NCBI RefSeq assembly: GCF_009914755.1
Contig: NC_060926.1
Length of the DNA: 64,000 nucleotides
Direction: 5' to 3' (one strand)
Source: the human T2T-CHM13v2.0 reference genome, Homo sapiens
The notes under the pieces were generated by a model that saw only the letters and a list, made by a program, of their open reading frames with translations, was not told where the DNA came from and made no database searches. This document shows positions 1-15,156 of the stretch, one piece after another; position 1 is the stretch's first letter; each line of letters starts with the position of its first letter. Made by a program: the position numbers and the translations under genes.

Positions 1-1120
1 CCAAGACCTGGAAAAGTCAATTGGAGGGCAGATCTTCATTCACGTGACAGATTCCCCAACTGTGGTCCAGGCTTCAGACTTGGAAAGGGCCCTGTCCTCC
101 CGATAGGACCTTGTTACCAGGGGCTGTAGCAGGATATGAACCCTATCTGGTCCCTTGGCGGACTGGACTTTTTCTAGGACCTCGGTCTGTACAGTGGATG
201 AAGATATGCAGAGAAAAGACCTGTTACCAGGTGTGTGGATGGTTTGGCTTTCTCTGGGAACCTGGGAGGGCTCCTACTGGATCACTGAGTAGATTCCTTA
301 ACAGGCAGTACTGCCCTAGTCCACAGCTGAGTGGGGCTGGAACTAAGCTACAGGGTTGCTTCAGGGCCTACAGTCAAGACTTAGGTCTTCAGGCCTAAGG
401 TGTCACAAACCTGCATGTCTCCCTTCAGGTCCTTAAGTTAGCGGGCCTGCTGTATTGAGAGGGGCTGGAGCCACTTTTCAGGGGTGTTTCAGGGACTGAT
501 GAGGGACCTAGGTCAGGTGGCCTGTTTGCAGGGCTATGGACAGCCCCATCTCCCTCCAGGATGCTGGGTAGGCAGAACTGCTCTCTGACCACAGCTGAGA
601 GGGGCTTATGCCAAGATTCAGGGTTGTTTCAGGACCTGCTGTGGGACTGAAATCTGCCTGCCTGTCCTGAGGACACAGAAGGATGTATCTCCTGACTACA
701 GGAGGATTTCTGTGCAGGATTTCTGTAAGACTGTGGCTGAGTGGAGCTGAATCCCCGATTCAGAGCTTTTTCAGCATATGCTATGGGACAGAGATTGGCA
801 AGTCTGTACTGATGGCACAGACAGGTGAGTCTCCTAGCAGTTCCTTGTGCAGGCAGGGTTGCTCTCAGGCTGCAACCAACGGTGGCAGGAGCTGAGCTTC
901 AGGGCTGTTTCAGTATTTAATGCAGGACCAAGTTCAGAAAGCTTGACCCAGGGATTCAGACAGTTTTGTCTTCTTGTGGGTCCTTGAACTGATCTCAGAC
1001 CATAGCCAAGTTAAAGTGTCTTATCAGGGTCCGCAGTTGGGACTGAGGACAGTGGACTTATTTTCTGAGGTACCAGTGTGCATGAATTTTCCCAGGCCTC
1101 TTGGTGAACAGTTTCGGTAG
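1..1120 (-). mobile_element. Probable old L1 (L1M/L1MA-type) 5' UTR region in inverted orientation, with degenerate ~140-bp monomers
   Basis: Recurring motif resembling cacagctgagaggggct...cagggttgtttcagg near 320, 455, 590, 730, 870 and 1000; abuts plus-strand L1 ORF2 at ~1122. Family and strand are inferred. Confidence 0.45.
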
Positions 1121-2615
1121 CAGGCCAATATCCTTGATGAATATAGGTGCAAAAATCCTCAACAAATACTGGCAAATCTAATTCAACAGTACATTAGATC
1201 AATTACCATGATCAAGTGGGATTTATCTTTGGAATGCAAAGACGGTTCAACATATGTAAATCTATAAATGTGATATAATGCATTAACAGAATGAAGGACA
1301 AAAATCACATGACTGACTCAACAGATACAGAAAAAGCTTCTAACAGAATTCAATATTCCTTCAGGTTTAAAAACTGTCAATATATTAGGTATAAAAGGAA
1401 TATACTTCAACACAATAAAGGCCATATATAACAAACTCACAGCTAACATCACACCCCAAAGGTAAAAAGTTGGAAGCTTTCCCTCTAAGATCAAGAACAT
1501 GACAAGAATGCCCACTTTGGCCATTTATATTCAATATAGTACTGCAAGTCCTAGCCAGAGGAATTAGGTAAGAAAAAATAAATAAAAGGCATCCAAATCA
1601 AAAAAGAGAAAGTTAAATGGTCTGTTTGCAGATAACATAATTTTATATAGAGAAAATCCTTAAGACTCTACCAAAAAACTGTTAGTACTAATACATACAG
1701 TAAAGTGGCAGGATACAAAATCAACATAAAAAAATCAATAAGATTTCTCCACACTAATAACTATTTGATAAAATTAAAAACCAGTCCTAATTACAATAGC
1801 ATCAAAAACAAATTAGAAAGAAATGTAACAAAAGAGGTGAAAGGTCTGTCACTGAAAACTATACAATATTGATGAAAGAAAGTGAAGACACAAATAAATG
1901 GAAATATACTCCATGTTCATGGACTGAAAGAATCAATGTTATTAAAATGTCCCTACTACTGGAAGTGAAGGTTCAAAGTAATCCATATCAAAATTCTAAT
2001 GACATTTTTCATAGAAATAGAAAAAAATCCTAAAATTCATATGGACCCACAGAGACATTTAATAGCTAAGACAATCATGAGCTAAAGAACAATGCTGGAG
2101 GTATCAGACTACCTGATTTCAATACCTAGTGCAAAACTAAGATAATTCAAAACAACATGGTTCTGGCATAAAAACAAACATACAGACCCCAGAATACAGA
2201 GTCGAGAAATAAATCCATACTTTTACAGTTGACTTATGTTCAACAAAAGTGCCAAGAACACACAACGGAGTAAGGACAGTCTCTTCAAGAAATGGTGTTA
2301 GGAAAACTGGATATCCACAGGCAGAAGAATGAAATTGAACCCTTATTGCACACCATATACAAAGATCAACTAAAAATGGATTAAAGACAAACATAAGACC
2401 TGAAACATAGGGGAAGAAAACACAGGGGGAAAGCTTTTTGACACTGGACTCGGCAAAGATTTTTTTGGGATATGACTCCAAAAGCAGAAGCAAGAATAAT
2501 GAAAACAGACATAAAACTAAAAAGCTTCAATCAACAGAGTGAAGAGACAACCTTCAGAATAAGTGAAACTATTTGCAAATCTTACATCTGCTAACAGGTT
2601 AAAATCCAAAATATG

Positions 2616-2916
2616 TAGTCGCTCCTCATCAGCAGATTCAACCAACTTAAGAGAGAGAAAATTTAGAGGGGAAAAAAAATGCAACAATAAAAATTAATAT
2701 AAATTTTAAAAACAATACATTATAATAGCTATTTACAAAGCACTTACATTGTATTAGAAATTATAAGTAATCTAGTGATGATTTAAAGAATATGGGATAT
2801 GTGTAGGTTATACGCTAATACCATGCCAATTTATAGAAAGGACTTGAGCATCTACAGATTTTGGTATCTCAGGGGAGTCCTGGAACCAGTTTCCCGTGGA
2901 TACAGAGGGATGACTG
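2616..2916 (+). mobile_element. Tigger3-type non-autonomous DNA transposon
   Basis: Ends tagtcgctcctc... and ...gagggatgactg followed by TA; L1 sequence resumes on both sides. Confidence 0.75.
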
Positions 2917-3597
2917 TATAAGGAACTAAAAAAAACAAAAACAAAAACAACAACAAAAAAAACTTAATAGCAAGGAAACAACCCAATTTAAAAAATGGTC
3001 AAAAAGATTTCTCACAGGACATAAAAATGTCAAATAGGTATTTGAGAAAATTCTCAGTGTTACTAATTGTCAGGGATTTTCAGGGAAGTACAAACAAAAC
3101 CACAATGAGATAACATTTCACACCTGCTAGGAAGGCTATTGTCAAAAAAAGGCAAAAGATGATGAGTGTTGTTGAGGATTATGAAGAAAGGAAACTCTTG
3201 TACACTGTTGGTAAAAATGTAAATTAGTATAATCATTATGGAAAACAGTATGGAGGTTCTTGAAAAAATTAGAAGTCAAATTACATGACCGGTAATCCCA
3301 CTCCTGAATATCCATCAATATATACAAAGGAAATGAAATCAATATGTCAAAGATATATCCTCACTCCCATATACACTCCAGCATTATTCACAGCCAAAAT
3401 ACGGAATCAACCTAAGTGTCCATCAATGGATGAAAAGATAAAGAAGATGTGGTATATATACACAATAGAACACTAACTCAGCCTTAAACAAAAAAGAAAT
3501 CCTGTCATTTGCAGCAACATAGATGCATTTGGGAGATATTCTGTTAGCTGAAATAAGCCAGGCACAGAAAGACAAACACCACATAATCTAATTTATA

Positions 3598-3963
3598 CAG
3601 TAGTCTCTCCTTATCCATGGGAGATGAATTCCAAGGCGCCCCTCGCATGTCTGAAATCATGGATAGTACCCAACTCTCTCTATATACTATGTTCTTTTAA
3701 TCTGATAACCTAGATGGCTACTGAGTGATTATGGGACACATGCAATACACAGCATGGATACGCTGGACGAAGAAATTATGTATGTCCCAGGCAAGACAGA
3801 GCAGGACACTGCAAGATTTCATCACATTACTCAGAGTGGCATGCAATTTAAAACTCATGAATTATTTATTTCTGGAGTTTTCCATTTAATATTTTGGAAC
3901 TTCAGCTGACCAAAAGTAACTGAAACAATGGAAAGTGAAACTGAGGATAAGGGAGGGACTACA
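3598..3963 (+). mobile_element. MER44-type (Tigger) MITE
   Basis: Terminal inverted repeats cagtagtctctccttatcc / ggataagggagggactac, preceded by TA. Confidence 0.8.
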
Positions 3964-5244
3964 ATAGGTGGAACCTCTAACAGGGGAACTCATAGAATGA
4001 AAGCAGATTTTAAATTTTCTTACTACAAAAAAATGGTATGTGAGGTAACAGATATATTAATAGGCTTAATTTTGTCATTCCACAATGTATACCTATATTA
4101 AAACATTATGCTGTATACCATAAATGGATAAGATTTTTATTCATCAATTAGAAAAAAAACATATAAAATATACATCAAAAAGCAAGTAAGTGGCAGAGCC
4201 AGGATTTGAATGATTTGAACCCAAATAAGTTGTACTCTTATGAAATTGTTACGTATTTAGCAAACTTTTTTAAAAAAAGAAGTACAAACACATTTCAATA
4301 ACCTGAAGGAAGATCAGCCAATATATTTTACATTCACATTTATTAATTTCATATAGTGACAATTAGAAAGCAAACCATGGTAATGCTGTTTTCTTCTCTA
4401 GAAATGTTAACAGGTCCTTAGCTGAGCCAGGCCTTGACAGACAGACAGCAAGCAAATCTGTGTCCTCCTTAATGTGTAAGCCAGGTAGCTAAGGCCTCAG
4501 CCACCAAAAGTCCTCTGGCTCCAGGCTTCCTAATTGAAAATTAAATAACAGAGTACTCAATTATTGTCTTGACCCTTAAGCATCTTCTTTCTTAGAAGAA
4601 AAGTGGTCTTCTCAGCTGTCTTAGGATACCTTCTAGCAGTCTTTTATATCTAAAGTTTTATCTTATTCTATTTTTTATTTTTCCTAATCAGTGTTATGAG
4701 AGGGAAAAACCTTTTTAGCTAATAAAATATCCTCAACTCTGGTTTATGATGCTCTTGACTATCAGCCAAAATCTAAAATCACAAAGAACTATGTAATAAT
4801 TGTCTCCTAGATTATAAGACTAATTAAAATGTAAAAAGGAGAAAGGGCTTTTGCAGTATGTTTTATTTTGTAGAACTACATTAGCTATCTTACAGTATTG
4901 TTAGAATTAAAAGATATTTTTTACCCACTTCATGAATTAAGAAAGAATTACTCAAAAAAGCTAAATAAATGTCCACAGTTCCAAGGCAGGTATCTAATCT
5001 GCCCCTTTGCATCATATATAAATCAGGTAAGCTATTAAGATAATTCATTTTTTCTTCATGTGGGGCCAGCATTCATAAAAGAAACAACAAACATGCCACT
5101 ATGGTATCTACCTTATAACCTACATAAATTTTGACTGTAAATAAAGTTTTAGTCCAAAGGTTATTTTGACATCTTCCCCCTTCATGTAATGGTCAAATAT
5201 CTACTATATAATAAAGAATATTTCAAAGACAATTCTAATAGTAC

Positions 5245-5770
5245 AGATGAGACAAGCTTCAGACTGGGAGAAAATACCTGCAAACCACATATCTGACAAA
5301 AGATCTGTATCTAAAGAACCCTCAACACTCAATAATAAAAAAGGAATCCCATTAGAAAATAGGCAAAATACATAAGTAGACATTTCACCAAAGATATGCA
5401 GGTGGCAAATAAGCATATGCAAAGATGTTTAATATCATTATCCGCTAGGAAAATGCAAAGTAAAACCATAGTAAGATACCACCACACACTGATTAAGGCA
5501 GCTAAAATAACACAAAGATGGTGAGGATGTAAAGAAAATGAATCTTTCATTTAACCACTGGTGGGAATGTATAATGGCATGGCTACTCTGAAAAGTTTCT
5601 TGACAGCAGTTTCTTAGAAAACTACAAATACTCTTACCAAGCCACATAGCAATTGCACTCTTGGGTACTTACCTGACAGAAAAACTTATGTTCACACAAA
5701 AACCTGTAACACGTATGTTCATGATAAATTTATTCGTAATAGTCAAAACACTGGAACCGATTCACTCAAT
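5245..5770 (+). mobile_element. Old L1M ORF2 3' fragment
   Basis: gactgggagaaaatacctgcaaaccacatatctgacaaa and ttatgttcacacaaaaacctgt L1 signatures. Confidence 0.75.
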
Positions 5771-5789
5771 GAGCCAATGGGGTTAATGA

Positions 5790-7025
5790 ATTAGTTCCAC
5801 TGATGCTTTGTCACTGAAGTCAGGAAGTACCCAGACAGTAAGGGACTGCCTTTTGAAGTTCTTCTGATATTGGACAATGCCCCTGGCTACCCAGAATCCC
5901 ATGAGTTCAACACCGAAGGCTTTTGTCCAAGTGGTCCACTGGTCCCCAAACACAAACTCTCTAATTCAGCCTGTAGATCAGGGGGTCATAGGGACCTTTA
6001 AGGTTCATTACACACAGAACTCTATGGAAACGAATGTCAACACTATGGAAAAACCTCCACAGACAGAACATGATGAAAGTCTGGGAGGATTATCCCATTG
6101 AAGATGCCCTGTTGTCATAGAAAAAGCCATGAAAGCCAACAAGACTGAAACAAATTTCTGCTGAAGAAATCTATGTCCAGATGTTGTGCATGACTTCACA
6201 GGATTTACTACAAAGCCAATCAAGAAAATCATGAAAGAGATTGTAGACACGGCAAAAAGGGTGGGGAGTGATGTGTTTCAAGATATGGGTCTTAGAGAAA
6301 TTCAAGAGCTAACAGATACCACACCAGAGGAATTAACAGAAGACAAGGTGGAGATAGATGCTTCTGAACCACTGCCAGACAGTGAGAAAGATGCAGAACA
6401 GTGCCAGAAAACAAACTGACATTAGACAATCTGGCAGAACGGTTCTGAATATACAAGACTACTCTTGACTTCTTTTACGACATGGACCCTTCTATGATAC
6501 AGGTACTGGAATCAAAGCAAATGGTTGAGGAAGGGTTGATACTGTATAGAAACATTTTAAAAGAAATTAGAAACCAAAAGAGATAGACAGAAATTACCTG
6601 TTTAGTTACACCCAGTGTGCCTAACCTGTCTTGTCTCCCCTTCTACCTCCTCTACCTCTTCTACCCCTAGGCAACAAGATCAACCCCTCCTCTTCCTCCT
6701 CAGCCTACTCAACAGGAAGACAAGTAGGATGCAGACCTTTACAATGAGCCACTTCAACTTAATGAATAGTAAATATATTTTCTATATATAGTAGATATAT
6801 TTTCTAAATATCTTTTCTTTACCTTACTTTATTATAATAATACAATATATAATACATACATAAAATATATATTAATTGACTATGTTACCAGCAAGGCTTC
6901 CAGTCAAGTAGGCTATTAACAGTTAAGTTTTTGGGGAGGCAAAAGTTATATGCAGATTTTCAACTGCTTTTGGTAGGGAGGGGGTGTTTCGACCCCTAAC
7001 CCTTACATTGTTCAAGAGTCAACTG
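5790..7025 (+). mobile_element. Tigger2-like pogo/Tigger transposon, 3' half with decayed DDE transposase
   Basis: Translates to VLLILDNAPGYP and SLIQPVDQGVIGTFK; ORF 6186-6419 is Tigger-like; ends with TIR ttgttcaagagtcaactg. Confidence 0.85.
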
Positions 7026-7593
7026 CGTATGGAGGAAATTCTCATTACTGCAGTTCCAGAGCACTACTATACATCAGAGAGCTACTGACCATTTTAAATT
7101 TACTTCTGTATTGACAAAGGACAAAAATTATAGGAATTGTAAAAATGTGTCATCTAAAGCTGTCTGCTCTCTAAATTGCCTATGTGCATTTCCCCATGAC
7201 AGTAAGTCCCCTACAATCTATACCTTTACAAAGGAAGGGATGAATTCTGAAATATATTCACTGACCACTACTTACTGTATCTGTATTTGAAATTTTATAG
7301 TTACATGCTAACTAAAGCAGGATGACTAAATAATCTCAAGACTCAATCACATGTATATTCATACTCCCATTTTTCAACTGAGGTGGCTTATTTATTGTAA
7401 TTCTCCATTCCTATGCTTTCCAAGGGTTGCTTGTTGATAAATTCTAAAAATTATGAAGTACATCCTTTACTGCTCTTGAGGTTTCATGAGTACTTATAAC
7501 TCTTCTTTCTCATGATGCCTTCCTCAGATCCAAACCCTCACTCAGAGCCTCTTTGTCTACCACACTGATTCTGCATAATGTATTTTAGACTAA

Positions 7594-7943
<350 letters not shown>

Positions 7944-9224
7944 TTAGTAAACTCTCTTAACATCTAAAGACAGAATTAGAAAATAGCTGACACTAACAAC
8001 TTATTCCTACATATAGCTCAATAGCCATTCAGATGTCAAATGTTTTCCTACCTTAGAAATAGAACATAAAAGCCCTCCATTTAGTTTGCACAACTAACTT
8101 AAGCTCCTCATCTTAGGTTAGTTCTAATCACTGTTTTTTAGACTAACATAATCCTAAACTTTGTGGGAGAAGCAACCTGGATGAACTCCTGGTGACAGTC
8201 CTTCATGTCAAATTTGAAGTTTGGTCAATTTACCAAATACCTCTCTGCTTGCTGACTAGCAATGGTATACAATGACCTGCCCAAGATGACATAGCTTACT
8301 TAACAGCAGCAGTAGCTGTTAGGTCTATTGACTCCCAATCAGAGGTTGGTTAGTCTCAACTGGCATGAAAAAAAACCCTGCAAACATCAGAAAGTTCATC
8401 AAAATCATCACTGGGCTTTTCTTTAGGAGACAAAACATAGCAGAGGAATACATTCTGAAAGAACACGGTTATTATAACAGATGTTCAATACCAACAATTC
8501 ACTTCTCTTTGAATGTCTATGTGTACAATTTGTATTTTTTTCTGTACACATCTTTATTTTTAAGATCATAAACTTTCTTCCCATCGCTAAAAAGGAATAC
8601 ATGTTTCGTACAGAAACTCTGGAATTTTAATTAGGAATTGTGCAGATAAAATGGTAAAAAATGGAATCAGAGAATCTTTCTCCTCTAATAAAACAAAACA
8701 AAAAACTGTTAAACAGAAATACTTTAGCAGTAACTAAACAAAGAGACAAGTTAATAATAAACAAGCCTAGAAAATTCTACAGGAGTTCTCCATAGTTCCT
8801 AACTTTAACCTCACTCTTAAAAGCTATACTTGCATCAATAAAATCTCCTAAACTCTCATCAATGTATCAAATATGAAAAGAAGAAAACTGATAAAAACTG
8901 TAATTCAATTATTAAATTTCAAGCCTAAAAAAAAGAATTCACTGGGACTCAGCCTGAAAAACACCTACAAGGGAGAAAAAAATGCTAAAATATGGTGTCA
9001 TAATATCTACAAAGTTCTGAGAGAGAGACCAAGACTCATACCTAGCAAAGATGTCACTCACATATAAAGGTAACAGGTATAGCCTTATCAAATAAGAATG
9101 AACTTATTTAGTACACAGAGCCAATAAAGCCTTGTGTGGAGTGTGTGTGTTGCAGGAGGATATGGGGAACTCAATGACAAAATCCAGCCAACTAAAGCAT
9201 AATTAAAAACACAATTTTATACAG

Positions 9225-9231
9225 ACACACA

Positions 9232-9267
<36 letters not shown>
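9225..9267. repeat. (CA)n microsatellite
   Basis: Direct reading; one TA interruption. Confidence 0.95.
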
Positions 9268-9270
<3 letters not shown>

Positions 9271-9489
9271 GACCTTTGAATCCACTAAAATAAAAAACTA
9301 AAACCAAAAAAAGGTAAATAATTATAGTAGCAGGTGGAAACATAAGTCGTTACACAGTGAAAATAATCATTCAACAAAAAAATGAAAAAAAAGTGGCATG
9401 AATGCATACGGTTGCTAATTTCATTCTTCAGAGTAGAAAGAAAATGTCTAAACTTAAAACATGAAGTGTAAAAAAGGAACTTAAAACTA

Positions 9490-9605
9490 TTTTTTTTTTA
9501 GACCCAGGGTCTCACTGTATTGCACAAGCTGGATTTGAATTCCTGGGCTCAAGAGATCCTTCCGTCTCAGCCTCCTAAGTAGCTGGGTCAACACCTTGAG
9601 CAGCT
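9490..9605 (-). mobile_element. Alu monomer (FLAM-like)
   Basis: agggtctcactgtattgcacaagctgg...ctcctgggctcaag-like...cctcctaagtagctggg. Confidence 0.75.
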
Positions 9606-9818
9606 TGAAACTTTTTTTAACCTAAGATTGAGATCTTTAAAAAAAAAAAAATCTCTTGGGTTTAATAAATATCTAAAGTCCAGCAATTCCTATAATTTTT
9701 ATTAGGTTAAAAATGTGGCCTGCCTACACACACACATACTTTTTCAACCAAAATGGGCTCTATTTCATAATATTTGTCATTTAAAAGAACAAGAACTTTC
9801 CATATATAGATATATATA

Positions 9819-9836
9819 TGTGTGTGTGTGTGTGTG

Positions 9837-9868
<32 letters not shown>
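9819..9868. repeat. Compound (TG)9(TA)5(CA)11 microsatellite
   Basis: Direct reading. Confidence 0.95.
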
Positions 9869-10225
9869 AAGTAACATATTTTAAATTATTTTTTCTACAG
9901 CTACCATAAGGTAAAAAACAAAAATAAGAATTAGTGGATCAAATTGTTTAAGAAAAAGAACCATGTACCTCAGCTGGATAATCAAAAGTACTCTAGTATT
10001 ATGAGCATCTTACTAGTAATTACGACGCCAGGAGCTGTAACACTGTGTACCCAAAAAAAAGCATTTAAGGAGAAAACAGGTGTGAACATGTCCGATTTAT
10101 TTAGTTTCAAAGTTGTCCAAGCACAGGTCAAAGAGGTAACAACAAACAATTTTTCCTATCTTTCATATAAATGGTCAGTAAGGTGGCTGGTGCAAAATAA
10201 CCCTCTGGAATAAGAAAGTATTGTA

Positions 10226-10554
<329 letters not shown>

Positions 10555-10816
10555 CTATCCAAAAAATAAGAGCTAAATTAAACTTAACTAATATTTAATA
10601 TATACATTGACAAATTTTACTTGGTCTCTGTATCAGCAGGTCAAGTCATGTTACTCAACCCAGACGCCCTAAGGAAAGGGAAGAGTTCAAGATCAATAAC
10701 AAGAAGGGGTTCCGAGTGGCACCATCACATATTCATTTACTGTCAGCTCATTAATACACAATGTAGGTATATGAATCCAGTTTGGAGACATTACTGAATC
10801 CAGCTGACTTACTGAA

Positions 10817-11149
<333 letters not shown>

Positions 11150-11483
11150 TGAAATAATCTCAGCTGTTCCAACTGCAGCTTTTTCCTGGAATGAAAAATG
11201 GCTGCCTGTCAACAGCATGCTGCTTAGTAAATAAAAAACAAAAAGCAAAAAAAAAAAAAAGATTTACTTCATCTGGAATTTTAAAATAAAAGTAGGAAAG
11301 AAACTGCTTTTTAGAAGAAATTTGTGTTATAGGGCATTTTGAAAATGTTTCCAACACTGATTTTATAGCCAAAAATTAGGTGTTACCTATAAAAATTCTC
11401 ATATCTATACACTTAAAACATTTATAAACATAACTTTTTATTCTATTCACAAATATTTCTGTAAATAATGTAAGTTTTATATG

Positions 11484-11839
11484 TGTTGACCTAAAAGGAA
11501 AGAAGTTGAGGCAAAATTAATAACATACATAGAGAGTTCATTTGAGCCAAGCTTGAGGGTTGCAACCAAGGAGCATAGATTCAAGTTGCCCTGAATATGC
11601 TCATTAGCAGCAGTAACAAGTAGATTTTTAAAGAGAAAAAGAAAAATAAAAAGGCACGCTCTGAGTTGTTCACCAAGAATCTACATTAAAATAACAAACT
11701 ATCCATTGGCTACAGAGTGGCAGGGGGTAGGGAGTTGGGGTGGAGTATGGGGGCATAACTGAAGTCCCATACTACTCACATCTCTCTGGGCCTGCATACC
11801 TCAGAGCTCAGACTGTTCTGAGCATTTTTTGTTTTCTCA
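11484..11839 (-). mobile_element. ERV1 (MER4-group-like) solo LTR
   Basis: TG...CA ends; tgttgacctaaaaggaaagaag...gccaagcttgag and gctcagactgttctgagc motifs; exact subfamily uncertain. Confidence 0.6.
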
Positions 11840-11877
11840 TACCCATTTGTTAAAAATATAAAAACATACCACTTTTC

Positions 11878-12200
11878 GGCTGGGCGCAGTGGCTCACACC
11901 TGTTATACCAGCACTTTGGGAGACTGAGGTGGGCAGATCACTTGAGGTCAGGAGTTTGAGACGAGCCTGGCCAACATGGTGAAACTCCATCTCTACTAAA
12001 AATACAAAAATTAGCCAGGTGTGGTGGCACGTGCCTGTAATCCCAGCTACTCAGGAGACTTGAGGCAGGAGAACTGCTTGAACCCAGGAGGCGGAGGTTG
12101 CAGTGAGCCAAGATCGCCAACACTGCACTCCCACCAGGGCAATAGGGCGAGACTCATCTCAAAAACAACAACAATAGGAACAACAACAACAAGAAACAAA
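11878..12200 (+). mobile_element. Alu (AluS) with (CAA)n-like tail
   Basis: Full Alu dimer. Confidence 0.95.
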
Positions 12201-13485
12201 AACCATGCACCACTTTCCAAGAACACTAATTTATATCAAGTTTTTCTTAGTTTGGAATAAGAACTAACACATCAAGAGAAGATGAAATTGGCTAACAACT
12301 CCTACAAAAACCTTGGTAAAATTGGTGGATGAGACTAGAAAATATAATTCAAAAATACACAAATGATCATGTATTATTTTCTCTAATACCCTTACTTTGA
12401 GGCAAAACCTTACAGCTCCAGCAGATGGGGGCATTACTTTGTGAAAAGAACTCTTAGTAAATTAAAAAGATGTTTAATACTGCTTTCTTTCCAGATGGTG
12501 GCAGAAGAAAACACCGAAAACAATACCACTACCCCACTCCCTTTATTAGAAAAAAGTTAAAATACAAATTCTATTACTGTTTACCTAGGACCTAACTTCA
12601 CACGGCTGACATTTCTCAAAGATAGGTAAGTATGGACAAAATTTCAGAACTTTGCCTCTCTTCAGTTCGATAAAATGTTCTTGATTTGCTAGCTAAACAG
12701 TCAAATAACGTAAAATGAAAGGTATTTTAGGAGAAATTTGAAGGTGGTTTCCATGTTTTGTTACTGTCCTTTGAGATGAAACTGAGGCAAGAAAAATACA
12801 TTTAAGCTGTTTTTCAGTCCATCAGAATTAGTTTTCATTCTTTTTTCTCCCCCAGTTGGATTATTTGTACAGAGGTAAAGATTAAAATAGAGTTAAAAGA
12901 ATGGTTGAGTGTGGGGAGAAATAAGGGCCAATACTGATATATATTCCAAGTTAGAAAATAAGTAAACTCTGTTAGTTCTTCCTAAAGAGATCAGCTCAAA
13001 AATGCTATCTATATCAAGTTGGGGCACAGCCTCTGGTGAGATGTTTCCTTGAGTTCTCCAGAGCTGAAGAATAATTCCACACAAATCAACTTTTGGACCA
13101 CAGGTGAATAAACCATGGTAATTACTGACAGTTTTGTAAAATCTTTTTTTCCTCCTCATTTGTTGCCAGTGAATATTAAAAGGACACAATTTACTTAAGG
13201 ACACATTCAGATTAAATGATTCCAAGGTTTGATAACCTTTAGTTAAGTAATATGATGCCATGATATTTTCTCATTGATATTAAAATGAAGAAAAATATTT
13301 TATAATGTCTTGGTACTTAAACTGATTAAATAATTGAAAAGGCTTGCAATTCTCCAGAAAAGCCATGTTCTCTCTAACCTCTGAATTTCAGTAATCTTCA
13401 CTAGTACATGGCAGTATGTCTGGAATCATATATACACAGACACACACAACCACACATACATATATATACACACATATGAATATAA

Positions 13486-13800
<315 letters not shown>

Positions 13801-14001
13801 ATACATATATATCTTTTAATAAGTGTACTTACTTTATAAAGTACCTATTAGAGCCTTGATATTCATGAATAAGCCAATAAAGTTGTTTTCAAGAACATGG
13901 GAGGTAAATAGTTATGAAATAAACAACCCCCAGAAGGATAATCAGAGAGTTAATACTATGATATGTTCAGTAAAGAAAGACATTTAGAAATTACTACAGT
14001 T

Positions 14002-14434
<433 letters not shown>

Positions 14435-14715
14435 TTAAAATGCATTTACTTCTGAATTATATAGGCTAACAAAAGAACTAACACAAATTTGCAACGTATT
14501 TAGAAATCCTTTAGAAGCTTTGGAAATGCATTATATGATCTTACTGGCACTGACATAACTACATCTTAAATATTATAGTGATCAACAGTAGTCTATGTTC
14601 TCTGAGCACATGGAAGTAGGCTACCTTCAGGATTTAAGCTTGTGAATCCAAGCTAATGTGTTTAATTGGATGGATAAATAGTATAAGGGCGACAGACACT
14701 TGAATCAATGAAAAC

Positions 14716-14875
14716 TTTTTTTTGTTTTTGGTTTAAGAGATGGGGCTTCCCTCTGTCAACTAGGGCAGTGGCACGATAATAGCTCACTGAAGTCATGAAC
14801 TCCTGGCCTCAAGCAATCCTCCTGACTCAGCCTCCTAAATAGCTGGGATTACAAGTGTGAGGTACTGCCCCTGAC
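14716..14875 (-). mobile_element. Old Alu fragment (AluJ/FLAM)
   Basis: gatggggcttccctctgtc...tcctggcctcaagcaatcctcctgactcagcctcc. Confidence 0.75.
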
Positions 14876-15156
14876 AAAAATATCATTTTTGTGAAGGATG
14901 GTTGCATTATATGGGACACAAGATTTAAGACTAGGGCACTAAAATTGGTGGGTGAGAAGGCACATGTAGACAAATTTTCCTTGAAAAGCCCCAAACTACA
15001 CATAAATTACAGAACTGTACTTTCTTGCAATATCAATTACTTCAGGGTATATGTTCATTTGAGAAGAATAATGAATAGAATACTGTCCACTATTCAAATA
15101 AATTTTTCCTTTGCCACGTTTACAGACTTGAGTTTACTTAAATGTAAGTATGATAC

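Larger units (their letters stand above)
1122..4165 (+). mobile_element. L1MA-type LINE-1 (ORF2 RT region to 3' UTR), decayed, interrupted by two DNA transposons
   Basis: aggccaatatccttgatgaa...aaaatcctcaacaaa (RPISLMN/KILNK motif), ORF 3285-3476 with NQPKCPSMDE, L1MA-like 3' end at 4030-4160. Confidence 0.9.

Noticed and set aside
5877-6419. ORFs resembling TIGD/CENP-B family proteins
   Set aside because: Frameshifted pieces of a 5'-truncated Tigger2 copy, not a domesticated gene.
12418-12432. CTCF-like motif CCAGCAGATGGGGGC
   Set aside because: Lacks the conserved C of the GGC core; cannot be called without ChIP data.
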